In this document: piece by piece, positions 54,399-64,000 of the stretch
Layout: every line of letters starts with the position of its first letter
Numbering within the stretch: position 1 is the stretch's first letter
Source of the DNA: Chrysomallon squamiferum
Lineage: Eukaryota > Animalia > Mollusca
Length of the DNA stretch: 64,000 nt
Direction of reading: 5' to 3'
NCBI GenBank assembly: GCA_012295275.1
Contig: CM022671.1
Coordinates: forward strand, 24,738,001-24,802,000
Translations under genes and position numbers: made by a program
The notes under the pieces: generated by a model
The model's input: only the letters and a program-made list of their open reading frames with translations
Told to the model about the DNA's origin: nothing
Databases searched by the model: none

Positions 54399-54627
54399 AT
54401 GGTCGAAACTAGGATGAAGGAGTAGGAATGTTATATGAATGTGAAAATGTGAGAACCACTGAGAGTGAATAGTAATTAGCAAATCAGGCGAAAATGAACG
54501 AGAATGCAAAAACCAAATCAATTTTCGTTTAGTGAATCCAATAAAACCAAAAGGTGATTTTCTGTTTCTTCTTTTAAATACTACTACTACTACTGCTACT
54601 ACTAATAATAATAATAATAAAAATAAA

Positions 54628-54716
<89 letters not shown>

Positions 54717-54996
54717 TTCTTTTATCGTGATTATTTTTAAAGGAAAATCACGCACTTCTATATTTGGTTTGCGTAAAATGTATTAATAGACTAAGATAAT
54801 CTGAAAAATGCACGATTCTAAATTTTATTTACGTGGATTCGATTCACATGATAATCTCCTTCAGATAGGCATTATCACGTTTTAAGTATATATATATCAT
54901 CTTCTTTTTGTGTGTGTGTGTGTGTGTGTGTATGAGATAATTCCTACAGATCTTTGAAAAATAATTATAATAATTATAATAATAAAAGGTTGATAA

Positions 54997-55031
<35 letters not shown>

Positions 55032-55679
55032 GTAATACAACTGGTAAATTTTCTGGCCTGATATTTTCTTGGTTATATATCTTCTTTTTTTTTCTGTTTT
55101 TTTTTTTCGTTTTTTTTTTTTTTTTTCGTAGTATCACTCGGTTTCTGTTTTGCATCCTAACATTTTTATCATATTATCGACCTGTACTTTAGTTAGTCTT
55201 TAATGCTTTTTCAGTCAGCCGTTTCGAAAATGGGTTGTATTAAGAACAGTATTGAATGTAGGGTCATGAGAAATGTCTCATTCCTTATTTAAAGAATAAT
55301 ACCTAAGAAATACCATCTGTATTTTTATTATAACTAAGTGAAATATAAATGTTTTGTTTATTAATGAATTTGAATTAGTATTTTTTATTGCTCATGGAAG
55401 GAAAGGAAACAATACCTTTTGCTATGTATAATCACTGGATTTATAAATCTAATTGTTGTTGTTTTTTCGTTCTTTTTTCAAAACAATCAGTTTTGGGGTT
55501 TAAAAGAAAACCTGTTGATGTTATTCTTTATTATTATTATTATTTTTGTTTTCATTTAACAAAACATTAAACCGAATCACAATTTATTGTTTTCTTATTT
55601 TATTGCTAAAGAATTTTTTTTTTTTTTTTAATAATTAATAATTTTTGTTATCTATTATATATATATAATATATATATAT

Positions 55680-56361
55680 CAATTTGCTCGTATATCAAAT
55701 CAATTTTCCTGACTGAAATTAATCCGTTCCAGCCCCTACAAACCACCCCATATTTTTTGTTTTTGTTTTTTGTAACGTATTTTTAAATAAGAAAAATGTA
55801 TTTATAAATTATAAATATTGTATAAAAAAAAACTAAATAAAAGAGAATGCAAATAAATAAATTGGTTTTTGTAAAGTGTATTTATCTTGGAGATCAGACA
55901 AATTATTTCAACGCCATTGGCTGGAATATGGTACATATCGTAGAAGTAGTACTGCCTAGCCAGCTCGACTAGATACACACCTCGCTCATGTTTTTCTATG
56001 AATTCAAGCTTTAATTCAATGCACATTAACCGCTTCTTCTTCTTCTCAGCACTGTCCTTTGCACTCACTTTCTTAGGATCCATGGCCAGAAAAAAGCAAT
56101 TTGGGAAAATACTGCACAAAACGCGAGCACAACACAACAGAGATGCGTCCGCGGCTTGATAACCACGTGAAGTAAACGAGTGAGACGCAGGATTCTGGCC
56201 GGATATTGTATTGTTCGTTGCGCCAACTAGCGGCGGCGTATCTGAAGCTCGCTTGTAACTCGGATTTTGGCTCTCAACTCAAAGCAAAAACTCGACCGGG
56301 TGACTGACTCGTAACTCGAAAAACTCGTAAGTTGGGGCGCTCGTAAGTCGCGGTACCACTG
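55680..56361 (-). mobile_element. Tigger/pogo-like DNA transposon remnant with transposase N-terminal HTH fragment
   Basis: MDPKKVSAKDSAEKKKKRLMCIELKLEFIEKHERGVYLVELARQY (CENP-B N-type HTH); TIR CAGTGGTACCGCGACTTACG at 56361 flanked by TA; other end missing. Confidence 0.85.
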
Positions 56362-57410
56362 TATATCCTGGCAGTAAAATAAATAATGGCAAGATATTAT
56401 GACTAAACGATTTTTTGTATTTTCGATATTTGACTTAAAAGTATTATTTAAGAACTATTTTGTTTTGGTGTATACTGACAATGAGACCAGTACGCATAAA
56501 CCTACCACTGAGCGGTGAGTTGAATATAAGTTAATATAATTGGTTTGTTTTTTGTTTTTTTTGTTTGTTTTTTTTTTGTTTTTTTTAAATATTATTTACA
56601 GCGTAAAGGTGGGGAAAAAAGGGAGCACTTATTAAGATATTAGCTTTATTTTTCTCAGGTCGATCATGAAATCTTTCGTATACAGATGGATGCACGTTAA
56701 CACATGAATTAACTCCAACAAAACAAAAAAAAAAAAAAAAAAAAAAAAAATAGCAAGTGAAATATTAACAAAAATAACCCTAAATAAAACAGAATAAAAG
56801 AAATGAAATGTATTAATGTCATGGAAGGAGGAGAAAAAGAAGAACAAATCTTTTCAAAAATAGATTAAGACACATCTGACAAGTGCTGTGAAGTTTCAAT
56901 TAAACCTTTATATATGCTTTACAGTATGAAACTACATACAGATACAAATATTTTGAAAGTAATAATTCAGGTCAGCAACGATGTTATTCTAACTTTCTAA
57001 CTCAGAACAAAAACGTGTTTTGAAACCGGTTTTTAAAAGGCGTTTAAAAGATTACAATTTTAATTACGTTGATTTTAATATGGCATCCATATACAAATCA
57101 ATCATTTAACAGTAAAACAGTTTGTGCAAAGTTCCCCTCCTACCTGCACACCTATGTATATTATCCATTTTATGTGAATATTCTTAAAACTAAACATACA
57201 TATTTTTATTCTCTTCACAGAAAACGTTCTTCGTCTCTGCCAGTTTGGGCAGAGAAATGCATTTTCTTTTTTTTTTTTTTTTCTCTTTTTTGGTCACGAT
57301 TATTTAAAACCTACAGAATATAGTTTACGATCATTATTGAAAATATAACTATGCATTCTTATAATTACTGATACTAAAAACGAATTTTTTTTGTTGTTGT
57401 TTTTTTTCAG

Positions 57411-58311
57411 TTCTTCTGCATTATATGTCCTGTGCAAGCTGCCGCACAACACAAAACCATACGCTGTATCTGTCGTTGGGATCAATTGCACTAAAGTGAG
57501 AAACAGATTGCTAATTAATTATCCAGAACCGCATCGTTTCAACATTACAGTGTGCCTGGCTTCTCTACATTCACGTTATAACAACGAACCTGAAATCATT
57601 CAGTCCATAGAGCTTGATCAAATTTTAGGCGTTGACCATTTCATCGTGTACGATTTTTCTATCGGACCCAAAGTGAAAACTGTTTTACAACATTATTCCA
57701 ATTTAGGTATTCTGGACGTAAGGGTTTGGAATATCCCAAACATGGATATTCATTATTACGGACAAATGGCGTCCATCAATGACTGCGTCTATTCCAATAG
57801 AGGGAAATCAAAGTACGTCATTGTAAAAGATACAGATGAAGTTATGGTCCCTTACAAAGATAAAACTTTACCGAAACTCATCGAGAGAATGATGGACAAT
57901 AACACTTTGGCTGCGACCATCATGTTTAGGCATACGTTTTTCGACAAATCGTGGTCTGACGAACTGGATGGTTTTAAATTTGCTTCTAAAGCTAAAGAAC
58001 TACAGCTAACAACTCTTCTCAAAGCGTGGCGAGAAACAAAGATATATAAATCTAAACAGAGATCTAAAACAATATATTTACCAAACAGAGTAATCACATC
58101 AGGAATTCATTTTGTTTGGAATGTTCGAAAAGGTTTCGTTAATATTGAAGTTCCAACTAATGAAGGGTTAGTTCATCACTACAGAACATGGCATGGAAAA
58201 CTATCGAGACAAAAAGAATATTTTCTGAGGCAATATAGTGAAGAGTTGATTGAAAGATGTAATAAAACGTTGAGAGCCATTCACGACAATGTCAGCACCC
58301 ACGGACCATAA
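57411..58311 (+). CDS. GT92 catalytic second exon C2
   Basis: tttttttcag|T acceptor; TVCLA, ILGVDHFIVY, HYYGQMASINDCVY, KDTDEVMVP, HHYR; paralog of C1. Confidence 0.92.
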
Positions 58312-58872
58312 TAATAAATAGAACATTTGACTTTCATTATTCTTCGTAATAAGATTTTCCATTCATAAATTTATATGTGTTTCGAAAAATAGTTTTCGTC
58401 TTTCAGCTTGTTTTTTTTTTTTATTTTTTTTTTTTTTTAAAACTTGAGATCTCTACAGTGATTTAATATCGTTGCAAACAATTATGTGTCAGTTTCTCTC
58501 CTAAACAGGGTAACGTTAATAATTGGGTCAATAAATATTTTATCACCAGAATACTTTGAATTTTGTTATATTTTATATCTAAAAGTATTTTTTTCCAGTG
58601 ATAGGTAACAGGTATGTTTTGAAATGGATATCTTTCTCCTATTCTATTTTTTAAAGTTCACTATTTTTTGCTCGAAAACCCTACACCAGAGTTTGTAAAT
58701 TTTTCTACGTCATTTTATTATTCATTAAATTACTATTATTATTATTATTAGTAGTAGTAGTAGTAGTAGTAGTTGATTTGAATTTATCTTGTAAAATGTA
58801 TAATAATAATAACAATAATTATAATAATAATAACAATAAAATAACAACAACAACATCAATGATAAGCATAAT

Positions 58873-58937
<65 letters not shown>

Positions 58938-59198
58938 AAATATAAGAAGGTGTATTTCCTTATATCTTTATCACATTTTTATTATCAACTTGTTCCATCT
59001 GTGCAGCACGATTCCATCTAAGAGTAACTGCAAAGTTTGTTACAAGTTATTTACTTGTTCTGTTATTTATAATAACTTTACTCTCTGAATTTAAAATAAT
59101 CACAAAAAAATAGAAGCAGCAGCAGCAGCAATACTAAAAATAATGATGATATTGTAAGAAAAAAAGAAAGAAAATAATGAAACAGCAAATAATCATTT

Positions 59199-59268
<70 letters not shown>

Positions 59269-59517
59269 ACTTAAATATACGTTGCTGAGTAAGGTGAACC
59301 CAGTATTAAAAATACCATAATATTATAAAGAATAATGTCAGATCAAGAATATCCAGTACTCGTTAATGTTATTGTTGTTGTTGTTTTATGTACATACATA
59401 CAGCTCAAAGTAAGTCTGATATTCCTATTAATGTGTTTGGAAAAACCTCAAATGGCACCAAATGTTTATGATTAACCACTTATTGCCAAAAGTACAATTA
59501 TTATTATTATTATAAAA

Positions 59518-59590
<73 letters not shown>

Positions 59591-60969
59591 TGTGTGTGTG
59601 TGTCTCTAAGTACATGAGAATTTTCTGGTAAACTGGAAATTAAAAGTAATTAGAACTTTCTTGGATAAAATCAGCCTATTACAATGAAAATAAACGAAAC
59701 ATAGCTTAGGATAAATTACCATGAATGTGGCTTACCGCACGCCGTTAAATTAGCATGAACAAAATGATTTTTTTTTAATTTTTTAATTTTTTTATTTCAA
59801 ATAGGTAACTTACTGGTTACATATATATAATAATTCAGGTGTTAGAAGATGAATGTTTTTTGTTTTAACGGAAAAGAGTAAAAAATTAATATTTAATTAA
59901 TTTTATAAATACGGACGGTTTTATGTTGTCTTTTTTTTTTTTTTTTTTTTTTTTTGTTTGTTTGTTTTTTTAAATTTCTGTCGTATAAATGGTATTAAGT
60001 ACTGTAATGAATGTATCAGGGCAATCATCCAAATAGCACATGATTAATTTGCCTTTTACATGTAAATATGACCTCTAATGCACTGAAACTGGAAATAAAC
60101 AGTATGAAAGAAGAATTATTATTGTATCAAGTATTGTTTTACAGTTTGGCACAGTAGCGTGTCCATATTATGGTACCTAATAAGAACGGTCATCTTCATA
60201 CTCACCTGTTTTTGAAAATTATTTTCTTTTTGGTTTTCATGTTGTTGTTTCTTTTGAAAAAAATACAGTACGAAACGGGTTCGAGATGGTATGAGGTGAA
60301 AGTTAAAAACAAAAAATAAAAATAAAATGTTTCGACCTTTGAAACAATTTTTTCTGAATAACAGACATCTAATACGAGGCATTCATTATGACATATTTGA
60401 ATAAATGACGTGTAATAATCCATGCAGAACTGAGTGAGATTTTTTTCCTACCAACTTTCTGACATTCGTGCATGCGCACTTACTCCTTGCCAAGCCATGA
60501 ATACTATAATTAACCAGTTTTTTAATTGGACGAAAAGTTCAACGATTGTTCTTGTTTTTCGAAGGAAAACGCATCGAATACATTTATTTTAGCGGCAGGT
60601 ATAAAAAAAAATAAAAATAAAAATGCAAGGATGTAATGTCAAGTGACATATTTCTGCATGCTTGCATATATTCAATACAAAGATGGGGTTTAATACAACC
60701 CGTAAATTATGATTTTGCTCACGCTTTTGAAGCTGTATTTTTAGAAAAGCTTCAGCAGCGCGCTAGAAGTTATGCACTGCCAGTCCTATGTACAGAAAAT
60801 ACAAGCAGAAGTGTTAGTTTGTAGTGTATAGGTTTATCGCCTCGGGTAGTGAATATACCAGTAGGTAGAGCCATAATATGAATTATGGAACAAAGTTCAT
60901 TTTTACTGTAAGGTATTTTAAATCCAAGATGGAACTTAGCGCCACCTATTTGTATTAGTTTCTATACTA

Positions 60970-61027
60970 CAGGATGGCCCAGGAAAAGTTTCCCAGGACG
61001 CAGATAAACTTTTCCTGGGCCACCCTG
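60970..61027. mobile_element. 58-bp minimal mariner-type MITE: 22-bp TIRs, 14-bp spacer, TA on both sides
   Basis: TA|CAGGATGGCCCAGGAAAAGTTT ... AAACTTTTCCTGGGCCACCCTG|TA, 1 mismatch. Confidence 0.8.
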
Positions 61028-62035
61028 TATATCGCTCCAGTTAGCAAGCTGCCAACAGATCCCTTTAAAGATAACGGCAAAATCTGGTACACAGCAAAAT
61101 TCTCCCTGTAACTCCCCCACCCAACGTGTTAAGACAGATGAGAATACTAGAACATTATACTTCTATTTTAAGAAATAGAAAACTCAAAATATTTGTTTAG
61201 GTTTTTAGGTTTGTAGATAGTGCTCCTAAAACAGGTCTGGATTCTTTTTCAAGAAACTTGGACATATGAGACACTTGTGTTGTGAGTGATTAATCTCAAG
61301 ATACTAGTAGTTCAACAAAAGAAACTGAATAAAATAAAATGTATACTTGGCTTTTTACCGACTAAGTCTAAAATGATTTTTTAATCCTCTCGCCTAATAC
61401 GTATTTGTGGGACCGTGTAAACAATTGACTACATTATGCCAAGTAGATACATAAGAAGACAAGTGCGGATGCGAGAATATCAAAAAGTGCGTAGGATAAA
61501 ATATCTTGCCAGCGGGGAAGATTTCTAATCGGGTGAATGCAGTTAGGTTTACAACCCATATCGCCAAGTCAGCTCATATTCCCAGAAGCAAGAAAATAAT
61601 TTGAGAAAAAATATTTTTTATTCAGGTATATTTAAAAACGGAGGAATTACAATAGTTGGGTATATGCCCTAATGGCAGAAAGTACGATTCTCAGTTTTAT
61701 AAAGCATGCTGTCGTTAACGAACTGTCGAATGACACCAAATTTCACATGCATGCATAAAAATATCTTAACAAAAGATAGGGTTTCAAGAATAAAAACATA
61801 ATCATCTCGGAGATTCATTGGGTTTTGAAACATTTTTTACCCCCGTGCTTTTGTTCTCTTGAAAATCCTGCTCATGAGAAAACAAAACTAGTACTTGGGC
61901 AAAGTGTTAACTACATCACAAAAGTGTACGCTTTATCTGTTTCTAAAATTTCCGCTAGTTTATACAGCGCAAATACAGTTACTCATATATCAGCCAGAAA
62001 CTGTCGGCCACAGCGTTTAGCAAACGAACACGGTA

Positions 62036-62043
62036 TGACGTCA
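62036..62043. promoter_or_regulatory. Perfect CRE palindrome TGACGTCA upstream of V6
   Basis: Motif read directly; same TGACGTCAGG context as the V4 site. Confidence 0.3.
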
Positions 62044-62672
62044 GGGTCTCACATACCTATTTCTCTACTGTAAACCGACCTTAGAAAAATTGACAATCAA
62101 AATCGTTTATTACCTTCATCATTTGAATCCACCGAATTATTATCACACAAACATATTCCGGTATTTCACTTCCCGAATTATCAAAGTAATTATCACTTTC
62201 GAAATTTGCAAAAAAAAAAAAAAAAAAAAAAAAAATTAGAAACAAAAAAATTATTTGCTCAACAATGTGGAGGCTGCCATATTGGATAATAATATAACAA
62301 ATCCCCGAACCAAATTCCTAAGTAATTTAAACGATGACGATTTCGTCCTGATTAAATTAATATTTATAGAAAAAGACGATAGTTTCAAGGTGGCTGCACA
62401 AAAGTGGAAATTAAATATATAAATAAAATAAATACAGATACTGAAGTTACGAGTTTTCAGCATACTTCTGAAATTTGTTTTCGTTCTTTATCTCAAACAA
62501 TTTCGTAAATGTCGGTTTAATATCTGAAAAAACTTATACCTTATTTGAAAATGTAGTTACTGTTTATTGTTCAACATTGTTTTAATTGCTTTCCTCATTT
62601 GCTGCAGTCAATTATATTTTATTTTTATTTGAAAAAAAAAAAAAAAAAAAGAAAGAACTAAAACTGAAAATA

Positions 62673-63181
62673 ATGAAGTTATCTAAATATCGGAATATAT
62701 TCTCGAAAATTGTTTTCAGACTTGGGTTGACATTCATTTTAGTAATAAATTTAAATTATCTTTTCAATTTGTTTTTGAACCAAGAAGACACTATTCTGAC
62801 GAACAAAACAAATATAATTACATTGGATTATCGGATTACAAACGACAGTTCCACTCTGGAGACGAGAGAAATCAGTTCCACTGTTATACAAAGTGAGAGT
62901 GACAATCAAGCAACTCAGTGGATGGAAACAATTTTTGAAAGTGATCTGAAATTAACGTCTCACACGTGGTTTCCAGTAGACACCGACGCTATTATGTTTG
63001 TGTATTCTGCATACTACGACAAAGACAACGACAACAATGTGCCATTTGTAAGAGTCATAGGAACCGGACTGCAAGAGGGAAAGCAAAAAGTGATGTGTGT
63101 CATTCAGAGGTCAGCCAGCTCAAAATATCTGGACACTGAAATAGCCAAGGTGGAAATCATTCCTGAATCACATAACACAAA
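62673..63181 (+). CDS. GT92 first exon V6 (paralog of V5; catalytic exon presumably beyond the window)
   Basis: MKLSKYRNIFSK..., TM, VYSAYYD; donor AA|gtaaga; downstream intron similar to that of V5. Confidence 0.85.
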
Positions 63182-64000
63182 GTAAGATACTTTTTAATAT
63201 TTGAAATAATTCAAAATATATAAATAAATAAATAGCAAGTATATACGTAAACCAAATAAATAGAGAAAACTGCGGTCAAATATCGATCGGTTTAATATCA
63301 GAGATCGAGTAACATATGGTTGTAACTTTATCACCTTTCATTTGAAAACTTTCCTTCCCGACACAGAAGGACTTGAGAAGTAGAGCCTTTAGTTTGTTAG
63401 GTATATTTGATTGTTTTCAGTAAAATTCAGTTGAGTTAGAGTTATAAATGTAGGGCAAAACGTCAGATTGTCGATTGTCCTTTTATCCATTGTCAATAAC
63501 CTTCTTGCCCCGTTGATTTGTGAGCCTTTTGTCAAAAAAATACGACTAACTTAGAAACCTGACACGCAAAGGTACCTCGTTTGTATAAGATAAATTACAG
63601 TAAAATAACGAATCATGTTTTCTATCAATATTTGTGTTTTACCTGAATAAGCTCTGTTATTATTGTTTAATATGGATAAATATGCCCACCGGACAACTGC
63701 TCCCCAGGACAATTGCCCTCTGGACAAGTGGCCCTATTTTTTCTTCCAATAATGATTTTCATGCATAATGGCATATATACATGAAATTCAGCGTAGTCTC
63801 TCCATAGTTCTCTAGTAAAGCTTTGTATAGCAACAGTTCATTCACAAAGACAGGTTCAACTATAACCAGGTATACTAGGCACTTCTTACAACAGTTCATT
63901 GACACTTTTCAGTTTTCACACTTTTATGTTTTGTGCTATTCCTCTCAAATAGTCCAGGACCTCTCGGTTTTCATACTGTCTGACCAGTGTCAAGAAACGC

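Noticed and set aside
60937-60947. CTCF-like TAGCGCCACCT (also partial matches near 27362 and 56221) as protocadherin-style promoter-choice sites
   Set aside because: Partial matches only, not positioned consistently at each V exon, and one lies inside a transposon.

Overview
AT-rich, microsatellite-rich eukaryotic (invertebrate, probably molluscan) genomic DNA; most ORF-track entries are low-complexity noise. Left half (<1-24445, minus strand): the first 13 coding exons of an SGSM1/SGSM2-like RUN/PH-like/TBC Rab-GAP gene, phase-consistent with GT-AG sites, plus two candidate cassette exons. Right half (29944->64000, plus strand): a cluster of glycosyltransferase family 92 (GT92/DUF23, GALT-1-like) exons with six intact first exons (tail, TM, stem, start of luminal domain; all ending at a phase-2 donor) but only two catalytic second exons, ordered V1-V2-V3-C1-V4-V5-C2-V6. 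This suggests a variable-first-exon/constant-exon locus analogous to UGT1A, GCNT2 or clustered protocadherins. V2/V3 come from a recent ~6 kb tandem duplication and differ by 11 nonsynonymous and 1 synonymous change. Also present are Tc1 and Tigger remnants, MITE-like hairpins, an RTE-like 5' end and degraded SINE cores. Family assignments are from motif recognition, not database searches.
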